Origin: Thermomicrobiales bacterium
GTDB lineage: Bacteria > Chloroflexota > Chloroflexia > Thermomicrobiales > UBA6265
Direction: 5' to 3'
DNA length: 35,567 nucleotides
NCBI GenBank assembly: GCA_035305265.1
Contig: DATGPC010000323.1
Span: forward strand, 1-35,567
The notes beneath the pieces are model-generated. The model was not told the origin of the DNA. It saw only the letters and a list, made by a program, of their open reading frames with translations, and made no database searches. Below are positions 9,554-18,187 of this stretch, in pieces. Position numbers and translations under genes: made by a program. How positions within the stretch are numbered: the first letter of the stretch is position 1; the number at the start of each line of letters is the position of its first letter.

Positions 9554-9581
9554 ATGATATGCGACTTTGCCGGATTGTGAA
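9554..9581 (-). promoter_or_regulatory. Candidate sigma-70-type promoter for the hydantoinase-DUF917a operon
   Basis: On the minus strand: TTCACA (9581..9576), 16-nt spacer, TATCAT (9559..9554). The predicted leader to the ATG at 9473 is about 75 nt. Confidence 0.4.
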
Positions 9582-9600
9582 CCACCCTCCGTTGACGCTA

Positions 9601-9629
9601 TTCACGGATCTGGATCGCCTGTGTACAAT
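9601..9629 (+). promoter_or_regulatory. Candidate sigma-70-type promoter for DUF917b (and possibly the downstream importer)
   Basis: TTCACG (9601..9606), 17-nt spacer, TACAAT (9624..9629). The predicted leader to the ATG at 9711 is about 75 nt. It sits back-to-back with the minus-strand promoter. Confidence 0.4.
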
Positions 9630-9710
9630 GCGGCGGCTGGCCTGAGACACTGCTGTCCATAATCCCGGCTGGCCTGTCCCACCCACGTATCATGGAGAAG
9701 AACGTCGGCA

Positions 9711-10844
9711 ATGTCGATTGAGCAACTGCGCAGCCTGCGGTACGAGCACCTCGAGCCATTGGCCATCGGGGCCGGAATCCTGGGCACCGGTGGTGGCGGA
9801 AGCCCATACCTGAACAAGATCTTTGTGGCCGAGATGCTCAAGCGGGGTGGCGAAGTGCCTGTCATCCCGGTATCCGAGCTGGATGACGATGCGCTGGTCG
9901 CATCGACCGGCGGAGTCGGAGCGCCGACGGTCGGTGTTGAGCGACTGAAGCAGGGCGACGAGCTTCTGCGAGCCCTTCGGGCGCTGGAGAAGTACAAGGG
10001 CCGAAAGGCGACCCACATGATCTCTGCCGAGATCGGCGGAGGGAACTCAATCTCCCCAATTATCGTGGCATTGCAAGCCGGATTGCCGGTCGTCGATGGC
10101 GATGGCATGGGCCGCGCCTTTCCTGAAATGCAAATGGATACATTCGCCATCTACGGCGTGCACCCAACCCCGGCAGCTGTGTCCGACATCCGGGGGCACG
10201 TAGCGGTATTCGACGAAATCTCGAGCGGTCATGATCTGGAACGTTACGTCCGCACCCTCACGGTCCAGATGGGCGGTGGCGCGGGCCTGACCGGGCCGCT
10301 GATGACCGGTGCCGACATCCGGCGTACCGCTGTCCAGGGCACGCTTTCGTTCGCGGTCCGGCTGGGGGAAGCAGTGATTGCGGCACGCAAAGCCCACAGC
10401 AACCCGGTCACGGCAGCGTCGGAGATGTCCGGCGGGCAGTTGCTGATGACCGGCAAAATCACGGATGTGGAACGGCGCTTCGTCGCAGGGTTCGCCCGTG
10501 GTCACCTCAAGTTGGCCGGAACCGGCGCCTACGAGGGGCATGATTACTCGATCGACTTCCAGAACGAGAACCTGGTGTTGCAGGATGAGTACGGCACGAC
10601 CCTTTGCTCCGTCCCGGACCTGATCTGCATCGTCGATGCGGAGACGGCGGAACCCATCTCGACCGAGACACTGCGGTATGGCCTGCGAGTGGCGGTGATC
10701 GGAATCCCGGCGCCGCAACTGATCGCAACGCCAGAGGCGTTGGAAGTTGTCGGCCCCGCCGCATTCGGGTATCCGGAAGTCGAGTATCGTCCGCTCGATG
10801 GAGTTTACGGAGGAAAGCTGGCCGAATTGGTCAGCCGTCGCTAG
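9711..10844 (+). CDS. DUF917-family protein (paralog b)
   Basis: Same motifs as paralog a (GILGTGGGGSPYLNK, LPVVDGDGMGRAFPEMQM, DFQNENLV, DAETAEPISTETLRYGLRVAVIGIP). By eye about 40% identical to paralog a. Confidence 0.75.
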   Translation: MSIEQLRSLRYEHLEPLAIGAGILGTGGGGSPYLNKIFVAEMLKRGGEVPVIPVSELDDDALVASTGGVGAPTVGVERLKQGDELLRALRALEKYKGRKATHMISAEIGGGNSISPIIVALQAGLPVVDGDGMGRAFPEMQMDTFAIYGVHPTPAAVSDIRGHVAVFDEISSGHDLERYVRTLTVQMGGGAGLTGPLMTGADIRRTAVQGTLSFAVRLGEAVIAARKAHSNPVTAASEMSGGQLLMTGKITDVERRFVAGFARGHLKLAGTGAYEGHDYSIDFQNENLVLQDEYGTTLCSVPDLICIVDAETAEPISTETLRYGLRVAVIGIPAPQLIATPEALEVVGPAAFGYPEVEYRPLDGVYGGKLAELVSRR

Positions 10845-11062
10845 TTTCCCAAGTAGGTCCTCGGACCAGTGCAGGTCCATCGTGCTCGATCAGGCACCGG
10901 CAACGACGCCAATGTCCACCATCTCCCGGGTCTTTCAGGTGTCCTGATGCCCAGGGACACGACAGAGTGCGGCCACCCCATTCCACGGGGTGAGCGTCAC
11001 CATCCAGGTGGCTGTCATCGTGACAGGCACCGCTTCCTGACCTTTTATTTGGAGGACAAGAC

Positions 11063-12697
11063 GTGAACACCACAGCATCGTTGCAGGCCCTCGTCCAGGC
11101 GGGCCTCGCCGGAACAACCGATCGCCGCTCGCTTGTGAAGCTCGCCGGAGCCGCCGCGGCAGCAGCCGGTCTCACGACAGCTACCCCGTTCGCCCGGCAG
11201 AGCTCCGCGCAGGCCGATCAGAACATCTTCATCTTCGGCAGTGGCCAGGACATCAGCAATCTCGACCCTCACACAGGCAGCGACTACTCCATCATTTGGG
11301 GCCAACGGGCCGTCTACGACGCACTCATGCGGTACAAGGGCGATCCGGTGGAACTTCTTCCGGGCCTCGCCAAAGAGGTCACTGGCTCCGACGACGCGAA
11401 GACGTGGTCGATTGTGCTTGATGAGCGGGCAACGTTTCAGGACGGCTCCCCGGTGAACGCGGAGGCGGTCCGGTGGAACTTCAATCGCATGCTGTCCCGT
11501 AACAAGGGCAACGCATGGATGTTCGCTGCCGTTATGGACCAGGAGTCCGCTCAGGTGGTGGATGAGCAGACTCTCGAGGTGAACCTCATCAATCCCTTTG
11601 CTCCATTCGACCTGATTCTCCCGTACATGCTCATCGCCAATCCGGCAATCGTGGACGAGCATGCCGGAGACGATGAGGGTGAGTCATGGCTCCTTGAGAA
11701 CGCAGCCGGTAGCGGACCGTACGAGATCACGCGATTCGAACCGGGCAACATCTACCAATTCGACCGCTTCGCAGACTACTGGAACACCGACATCACCGAG
11801 GGCATGGTCGATACGTTCGTCTGGCGGATCATCCGCGAGTCGTCGACCAAGCGCATCGCGCTCGAATCCGGTGAAATCCAGTACGGCGACACCTTCTCGA
11901 CCGAGGATATCCTGGCCCTGGAGGGCGATGACCGTTTCATCGTTAACCAGAAGGCGTCCTTCGGCCCGTTCCAACTGAAAATGAACAACCAGGTTGGACC
12001 GACGGCCGATCTCAACGTGCGCAAGGCGCTGACAGCGGCATTCGACTACGAAGCGGCCATCGAATCACTCTCAGGGCGCGGCGAGCGAATGAATGGCCCG
12101 CTGCCGGTTCGCTTCACGCCCTGGAACAACGAGGACTTGCCGCTCCTCGAACACAACATGGACGCGGCACGGGAATACCTGGCGGCAAGCGAGTATCCGG
12201 ACGGGTTCGATATCGAGTACGTCTATGTCACCGGCCTGGCATTCGAAGAGACCTTCGGCCTGATCCTGCTGGAAAAGTGCGCGGAGCTCAACATCAATGT
12301 CACCATGACACCCCTCGTCTGGCCGGACATGGTCGCGCGAGCCTCAAGCCCGGAAACGATGCCCGGCCTGATGTGCGTGCTGGCGAGCTCCAACTACCTT
12401 GATCCCGATAATTTCCTCTGGGCGCAATATCACTCCAGCCAGGCGGGATCATGGTCAGCGGCGTCATGGTTCCAGAACGAGGAACTGGATGCGTTGCTGG
12501 AACAGGGACGCTCGACCATTGACCCGGACGACCGCAAGGCAATCTACGATCAGGTCCAGGCGATGCTGGTAGAGAACGCGACCGAGATCTGGATGTACTC
12601 GGAGACGCCCAATGATGCCTGGGTGAAGGAGTTGGGCGAGAACGCCCGGGTGCTCGGCGGGGGCGGAGATATCCGGAACATCTCCTACCAGGGGTAG
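11063..12697 (+). CDS. ABC transporter substrate-binding protein, family 5 (Dpp/Opp/Nik type)
   Basis: GTG at 11063 after GGAGGA (11051..11056). Tat-like TDRRSLVKLAGAAAAAAGL. Family-5 features (GSGPYEITRFEPGNIYQFDRFADYW) and followed by DppB/DppC-like permeases. Confidence 0.88.
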   Translation: MNTTASLQALVQAGLAGTTDRRSLVKLAGAAAAAAGLTTATPFARQSSAQADQNIFIFGSGQDISNLDPHTGSDYSIIWGQRAVYDALMRYKGDPVELLPGLAKEVTGSDDAKTWSIVLDERATFQDGSPVNAEAVRWNFNRMLSRNKGNAWMFAAVMDQESAQVVDEQTLEVNLINPFAPFDLILPYMLIANPAIVDEHAGDDEGESWLLENAAGSGPYEITRFEPGNIYQFDRFADYWNTDITEGMVDTFVWRIIRESSTKRIALESGEIQYGDTFSTEDILALEGDDRFIVNQKASFGPFQLKMNNQVGPTADLNVRKALTAAFDYEAAIESLSGRGERMNGPLPVRFTPWNNEDLPLLEHNMDAAREYLAASEYPDGFDIEYVYVTGLAFEETFGLILLEKCAELNINVTMTPLVWPDMVARASSPETMPGLMCVLASSNYLDPDNFLWAQYHSSQAGSWSAASWFQNEELDALLEQGRSTIDPDDRKAIYDQVQAMLVENATEIWMYSETPNDAWVKELGENARVLGGGGDIRNISYQG

Positions 12698-12723
12698 TCG
12701 AGGTCGAGGTCGAGGCGCGGCAC

Positions 12724-12752
12724 CGGGGACAGACGACATGCCTGTCCCCGGG
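12724..12752 (+). other. Intercistronic stem-loop directly after the family-5 SBP gene
   Basis: 10-bp arms CCGGGGACAG / CTGTCCCCGG with a 9-nt loop, 27 nt after the SBP stop. Preceded by a (TCGAGG)x3 microrepeat. Confidence 0.5.
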
Positions 12753-12821
12753 TTCCGCCTTCATGTGTCGGCGTTTTCCATCCCTCACGACACTGCACAT
12801 TAATTCCGTCTGGACATTTTT

Positions 12822-13835
12822 ATGAACCTCATTCGATACACCGTCCGAAGACTGATCATGATCATCCCGGTTGTCTTCGGGGTGTCGATCCTCACGTTCT
12901 GCCTTGCGTATCTCGTTCCCGGCGACCCGGCGCGCCTCGCAGCCGGTCCCCAGGCGACACAGGCAATGTACGAGCAGCTTCGCGAGGAATATGGTTATGA
13001 CGATCCCCTCTGGTTACGCTACTGGAATTACCTGACGAACTTGCTTCAAGGAGACTGGGGGAATTCGATCCTCTCGCGACGCCCGGTGCTCGAGGACCTG
13101 GGGAATTACTGGCCGGCCACGCTGGAGCTGGTCGTCGTGGCGATGACCATCGCCACGCTGGTCGGTGTTCCACTAGGGATCATCGCCGCGGTCCGTGCCG
13201 ACCGGTTTGCCGACCATGCCTCGCGCATCATCTCGTTGCTCGGCGTAAGCATGCCGGCGTTCTGGCTGGCGATCCTGATGCAGCTGTTCCTGGGTTTGCG
13301 GCTTGACTGGCTACCGGTCAGTGGCAGGCTGGAAACCCTGACGATGCCGCCAGAAAGCATTACGGGGCTCTACCTCGTCGACTCACTGATTGCAGGAGAG
13401 TGGTCGACCTTCAAGGAGGCGCTCCAACACATCATCCTGCCGGCGATCACACTGAGTTTCGCCTCGCTCGCTACAATCGCCCGGTTCACGCGCGCGAGCT
13501 TGCTGGAAGTGCTCCACAACGATTATGTGCGGACAGCGCGGGCCAAGGGCCTCCAGGAACGATCGGTCGTCCTGCGCCATGCGATGCGTAACGCGTTCAT
13601 CCCGACGCTAACCATGATCGGCCTGTCGTTCGGATGGTCGATGGGAGGATCTGTTCTCGTTGAGACCGTGTTCGACTGGCCCGGCATCGGCCTTTACGCG
13701 ACGAATTCCGCATTGACGCTCGATTTCATGCCGATCATGGGAATTGCGCTCCTGTATGGCATTGTCTTCAGCCTGATCAACATCGCGATCGATATCGCCT
13801 ATGGTTTCCTCGATCCGCGAGTGACGAATACATGA
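12822..13835 (+). CDS. ABC transporter permease, DppB/OppB-like
   Basis: MNLIRYTVRRLIMIIPVVFGVSILTF N-terminus and the DYVRTARAKGLQERSVVLRHAMRNA EAA loop are typical of DppB-type permeases. Confidence 0.9.
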   Translation: MNLIRYTVRRLIMIIPVVFGVSILTFCLAYLVPGDPARLAAGPQATQAMYEQLREEYGYDDPLWLRYWNYLTNLLQGDWGNSILSRRPVLEDLGNYWPATLELVVVAMTIATLVGVPLGIIAAVRADRFADHASRIISLLGVSMPAFWLAILMQLFLGLRLDWLPVSGRLETLTMPPESITGLYLVDSLIAGEWSTFKEALQHIILPAITLSFASLATIARFTRASLLEVLHNDYVRTARAKGLQERSVVLRHAMRNAFIPTLTMIGLSFGWSMGGSVLVETVFDWPGIGLYATNSALTLDFMPIMGIALLYGIVFSLINIAIDIAYGFLDPRVTNT

Positions 13836-13863
13836 TCCATACCGACAAGAGTGAGACTCGCTG

Positions 13864-14769
13864 ATGAACCCATCCCTGGCAGCACCAAAGGGCACAGGAC
13901 GACGTTGGTCGCCCAGCCCCAACACGCTTCGCGCGATCCGGCGATTCCGGCAGAGTCCACTCTCCGTGATCGGGCTGGTCATCGTGGTCATTCTGGTGCT
14001 GATCGCGACAATCGGGCCTTTTCTCGTCCCTTACCCCGGCGATGCCTCCGGCGCCGTACATATCAGCGACAAGCTTCTCCCGCCATCATCCGACCACTGG
14101 TTCGGCACAGATCATGTTGGACGCGATGTGCTGTCCAGGCTGGTGGTCGGCGCTCGAGTTTCGCTTCTCGCCGGGATCACCGTCATCATCATGGCAGTGC
14201 TGATCGGTACCCTGCTCGGGGCAATCGCCGGCTATTTCAGAGGTTGGGTCGAGACCGTCATCATGCGCGTGACCGATGTCTTCCTCACCATCCCGGACCT
14301 GATTCTCGCAATGGCATTCGCCGCCGCGCTCGGACCGGGTTTGAGAAACGTGATGATCGCCGTCTCGCTCGTGTGGTGGCCCGGGTACTGCCGGCTCGTT
14401 CGTGCGAACGTCATCGCCTTGCGGGATGCGCAGTTCGCGGAGGCCGCGGCGTCGCTGGGGTCGAGCCGGCGGCGGATATTGTTCCGACACATCCTGCCAA
14501 ACGCCTTCCCGACCGTTCTGGTGAAGGCGTCGATGGATGTTGGCTTTGCGGTTCTGACGACCGCATCATTAGGGTTCATCGGTCTCGGTACCCAGCCTCC
14601 TACGCCGGATTGGGGTCAGATGGTATCGGAAGGCCGCAAGTATCTGCGTGACGCCTGGTGGTATTCAACCTTTCCCGGGCTCGCGATATTGCTGACCGTA
14701 TTCGCGACCAATCTTCTCGGCGACGGTCTCCGCGATATCTTCGATCCACGCAGTCGCAAGGGAAAATGA
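13864..14769 (+). CDS. ABC transporter permease, DppC/OppC-like
   Basis: HWFGTDHVGRDVLSRLVVGARVSL and the EAAASLGSSRRRILFRHILPN EAA loop are typical of DppC-type permeases. No ATPase gene follows. Confidence 0.9.
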   Translation: MNPSLAAPKGTGRRWSPSPNTLRAIRRFRQSPLSVIGLVIVVILVLIATIGPFLVPYPGDASGAVHISDKLLPPSSDHWFGTDHVGRDVLSRLVVGARVSLLAGITVIIMAVLIGTLLGAIAGYFRGWVETVIMRVTDVFLTIPDLILAMAFAAALGPGLRNVMIAVSLVWWPGYCRLVRANVIALRDAQFAEAAASLGSSRRRILFRHILPNAFPTVLVKASMDVGFAVLTTASLGFIGLGTQPPTPDWGQMVSEGRKYLRDAWWYSTFPGLAILLTVFATNLLGDGLRDIFDPRSRKGK

Positions 14770-14807
14770 ACGGCCTGATACGGCATCTTGACGAAATGAC
14801 GGTACAG

Positions 14808-14852
14808 GGCCGGTGAGGAGGCTCCTCACCGGCCCTGTACCGTCCATCGCCA
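14808..14852. terminator. 45-nt near-perfect palindrome at a convergent gene junction (terminator-like; no flanking U-tracts)
   Basis: ACGGTACAGGGCCGGTGAGGAG-g-CTCCTCACCGGCCCTGTACCGT. The inner 13-bp arms are identical to those of the 6725..6753 terminator. Confidence 0.55.
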
Positions 14853-14862
14853 GCTGCCTGGC

Positions 14863-15354
14863 CTACTTCTCTTCCGGATTCCACTCCATTTGCCGCGCCT
14901 CGACCTCCTCGTCGGTCAGGTCCTGATGCGCGTTGACGAGCATTGCCGTGGCCATCTCCTTGCGCCGGAAGAACAGGCGAATCTCTTTCCACAGCTCTGG
15001 CTCGTTTCGCCCAAGGTCCATCAGCTTCTGCGAGAAGACGATATCCCCCTGCGCCCGCTGCTCGGTCATGAACTCCGTCGACAGCAGCTCGGCCATGTAG
15101 ACCGGTCCGACATCACTGAACTTCTCGCGGTAAAACGCGATCAGCTTCGCGATGCCTTCGATGTCCAGCGGCTGACCATCCTCCGAGCCGAATGCGCCGC
15201 GCCAGTCGACGCAGGCCAGTAGCTCGTCGATCAACCGGATCTTCTCACCCTTCCGCACCCGGTCCAGCAGCATCACGACCTTCTGGCGGTCATACGGCAG
15301 TTCGTGCGGTGTTTCCGGGAATCCTGCCCCGGGCGTTGTTGGATTCTCTGACAT
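14863..15354 (-). CDS. Hypothetical protein (163 aa, acidic, no family recognised)
   Basis: Track ORF 14863..15513 trimmed to the ATG at 15354 (MSENPTTPGAGFPETPHELPYDRQKVVMLLDRVRKGEKIRL...), with a weak GGGGAAG SD. Coding-like third-position GC. I recognise no motif. Confidence 0.6.
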   Translation of the reverse strand: MSENPTTPGAGFPETPHELPYDRQKVVMLLDRVRKGEKIRLIDELLACVDWRGAFGSEDGQPLDIEGIAKLIAFYREKFSDVGPVYMAELLSTEFMTEQRAQGDIVFSQKLMDLGRNEPELWKEIRLFFRRKEMATAMLVNAHQDLTDEEVEARQMEWNPEEK

Positions 15355-15644
15355 GACTTCCCCAGTCGTAACGGCTTCCACCATGGAACGTATCTTCTGC
15401 CGACAATGGTAGTGCGTCTCCGGAGAAGAGGTCTTCACGATATGGCGACGGATGCACCGGCTTCTGGCTGGTAAACTTCCGTGTGACCTGGCGCCGAAAC
15501 CGGCGCTCCTCACCAGTCGTTCAATTACGCAGCGCCCTCCGACGCGGCGCGCCTGGAAGTCATCACCATCATTTCACCATTGCCACACCGGATCCGCCCT
15601 TGCACGCGTTCCCGTCACCGGTATCCGGCCAGGAGACACAGCTC

Positions 15645-18140
15645 ATGAGTCAGGGCCGCCTCGGGCGCTCCACACGCCGCTACCCCGGCACCCAGCGACG
15701 AGCATCGCACTTCGCAAACTCCCGCTTCGGCCACCGCGGCCGGGGCCTGCCGCCGCATCTCATGCCCGGCGTCACCAGGAACAACAAGAAGAAGGAAACC
15801 GTCTTCTCGCGCCGGAACTTCATCATCGGCACGTTCCTGGTCGGGTTCATTGTCGTCTTCACGTTCCTTGTCGTCAGCATCACGTCCGGCATCGCCGCCG
15901 CCTTTGGCGTCGTCCGCCAGTACCGCGAGGTCAACAAGGGCCTGCCGAACGCCGCCGACATCGCGGTCAACACCTTCCAGACCACGCGCATCTACGACCG
16001 CAAGGGAACGTTGCTGCAGGAGGTCGACCATCCGGACTACGGCTGGCGCACCTTCATCGGCATGGACCAGATGACCGATGACTTCATCAACGCCACGGTC
16101 GCGGCCGAGGACGCCACGTTCTGGACCAACTACGGTATCGAGCCCGCGGCGTTCGTCCGGGCCGGCCTCATCATGTTCAGCGGCTCCGGGTCATCCGGCG
16201 CCTCGACCATCACCCAGCAGCTCGTCCGCGCCGTCTATCCCGATGTCATCAGCGCGCAAGACATCAGCATCGACCGAAAATTCCGGGAGGCCCTCGCTGC
16301 GGTCGCCATGTCGCAGGAGTACTCCAAGGAAGACATCTTCACGATGTACGTGAACCAGATCTACTACGGCGCGCGGTCGTATGGTGTCGAGGCGGCCGCC
16401 AACACGTTTTTCAACAAGCATGCGTCCGAGCTGACCCTGGCCGAATCCGCGCTCCTCGCCGGCTTGCCGCAAGCCCCGTCCTACTACGATCCGACCACGC
16501 CTGAAGGATTCCAGCAGGCGAAGATCCGCCAGCGCTACGTGCTGGAGCAAATGCGGAAATACCGCTATATCACGACGGAACAGATGGAGGCGGCATGGCA
16601 AGAGCCGCTGCAGATCCGTGAGGGGCAGCGAACCAGCGTCCTGCGCGCCGCGCCGCACTTTACCCTGTACATCCACGAGTACCTGCGCGAGCAATACGGC
16701 CCGGACGCTATCTATGCCGGGCTCGAGGTGTACACCTCGATCGATCTGGACCTGCAGGCCGAGGCCGAACAGATCGTCGCCAATGGCGTCGCGAACATGC
16801 GTCAATACGGGCGTAACAATGCCGCCCTGGTCGTCATGTCGCCGTGGAACGGCGAGGTGCTCTGCATGGTCGGCTCGGCGGACTTCAACGACCAGTCGAT
16901 CGGCGGCCAGTTCAACTATGCAACCGGCCTGATCCAGCCTGGGTCGTCGATGAAACCTCTCGCCTATGCATCCGCCTTCGAGCGTGGCTGGAACCCGGCG
17001 ACGATCATCATGGACGTCCCGACGCGATGGGAGGTCCCGGGACAGGAAGACTACGAGCCGAACAACTACACGAAGCTCTTCTATGGCGCGGTCCCGGTGC
17101 GCGAGGCACTGGCCCAGTCGCTCAACATCCCGGCCGTCAAGGCAACCGAGTATGCGGGCGTGGCTGGTGTCATGGACACGGCCGCGCGCATGGGGCTCGT
17201 CACCAGCCTCGGCAACGACCCCGGGTTCTACGGTGTTTCGCTGGGTCTCGGTTCTGGCGAGGTCAAGCTCCTGGAGCACACCAACGCCTACGCCACGCTC
17301 GCCAACAACGGCCGCTTCGTGAAAGCGAACCCCATCCAGCGCATCCTGGACTCCCAGGGCAACACCCTCATGGAGGTCAACAAGGAGTACGTCGACGAGC
17401 AGGCGAAGGAAGGCATCAATCCCGGCATCGCCTACCAGATCACGTCGATCCTGACCGACAACGAGGCGCGGGCACCGATCTTCGGCACCAACAATCTCTT
17501 CGGGAACACCCAGGACGCGCTTGGCCGCCCCACGGCCGCCAAGTCTGGTACGACAGAGAACTGGCGCGATCTCTGGGCCATGGGCTACACCACCGCCGTC
17601 GCGTGCGGCGCCTGGGTTGGGCGCACCGGTGACGCCGGCACCGCCGAATTGCCCGAGATCGACGGTACGGACGCAGCCGGCCCGATGTGGCAGGACATGA
17701 TGCTGCTGATCCACAACGACTCGCGGTTCGCGGAGCTGATCGCCGGCCCGGACGGGAACGCCATGCCTGAGAACTTCCCCGTGCCGGACGAAGTCCGCGA
17801 GATGGACCTGTGCGCCACGACCGGTCATTTGCCCGGAAACGGACCGCGCGTGCGCGAGTGGGTCGTCCGCGGCCAGGAACCGACGCTGGCCTGCAACGAG
17901 GTCAACGACTACGAGGCCGAAGAGCTCGAGAAGGCGCTTGACGAGGTTCGGCGTGGCGGGAACTGGGCCGGCGGCGCGGTCGGCAGCATCAACGACTACG
18001 CGCGTATGGTTGGCAGCACTCCGATCGCGGTCGACGATGAAGAGGACGACGAGGATGACGGCGACAACCAGATCGACGGTCCCGACGTCAGCGACGATCA
18101 GGATACCGATGAGCAGCCACCCATCGAGCCGCTGAACTAG
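15645..18140 (+). CDS. ponA: Class A penicillin-binding protein (bifunctional glycosyltransferase GT51 / transpeptidase)
   Basis: Track ORF 15483..18140 trimmed to the ATG at 15645, 8 nt after AGGAGA. GT51 motifs AAEDATFWTNYGIEP and GASTITQQLVR. Transpeptidase motifs SSMKP (SxxK) and KSGTT (KTG-like). Single N-terminal TM segment FIIGTFLVGFIVVFTFLVV. Confidence 0.93.
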   Translation: MSQGRLGRSTRRYPGTQRRASHFANSRFGHRGRGLPPHLMPGVTRNNKKKETVFSRRNFIIGTFLVGFIVVFTFLVVSITSGIAAAFGVVRQYREVNKGLPNAADIAVNTFQTTRIYDRKGTLLQEVDHPDYGWRTFIGMDQMTDDFINATVAAEDATFWTNYGIEPAAFVRAGLIMFSGSGSSGASTITQQLVRAVYPDVISAQDISIDRKFREALAAVAMSQEYSKEDIFTMYVNQIYYGARSYGVEAAANTFFNKHASELTLAESALLAGLPQAPSYYDPTTPEGFQQAKIRQRYVLEQMRKYRYITTEQMEAAWQEPLQIREGQRTSVLRAAPHFTLYIHEYLREQYGPDAIYAGLEVYTSIDLDLQAEAEQIVANGVANMRQYGRNNAALVVMSPWNGEVLCMVGSADFNDQSIGGQFNYATGLIQPGSSMKPLAYASAFERGWNPATIIMDVPTRWEVPGQEDYEPNNYTKLFYGAVPVREALAQSLNIPAVKATEYAGVAGVMDTAARMGLVTSLGNDPGFYGVSLGLGSGEVKLLEHTNAYATLANNGRFVKANPIQRILDSQGNTLMEVNKEYVDEQAKEGINPGIAYQITSILTDNEARAPIFGTNNLFGNTQDALGRPTAAKSGTTENWRDLWAMGYTTAVACGAWVGRTGDAGTAELPEIDGTDAAGPMWQDMMLLIHNDSRFAELIAGPDGNAMPENFPVPDEVREMDLCATTGHLPGNGPRVREWVVRGQEPTLACNEVNDYEAEELEKALDEVRRGGNWAGGAVGSINDYARMVGSTPIAVDDEEDDEDDGDNQIDGPDVSDDQDTDEQPPIEPLN

Positions 18141-18187
18141 GCCCCACCGGGATCCAACCGATGTGATCGGCTGAGCGGACACTATGA

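Noticed and set aside
9592-9597. Perfect-looking TTGACG as the -35 box for the TACAAT at 9624..9629
   Set aside because: The spacer would be 26 nt. The TTCACG at 9601..9606 gives a canonical 17-nt spacer and was preferred.
12698-12715. (TCGAGG)x3 tandem microrepeat after the family-5 SBP stop
   Set aside because: It has only three units and is 18 nt long. That is too short to call a CRISPR array, a VNTR or a meaningful repeat element. I note it only as context for the adjacent hairpin.
13851-14651. 266-aa plus-strand ORF overlapping the DppC-like gene in another frame
   Set aside because: The 13864..14769 frame gives a canonical DppC-type permease. The alternative frame is Arg-rich with no membrane segments.
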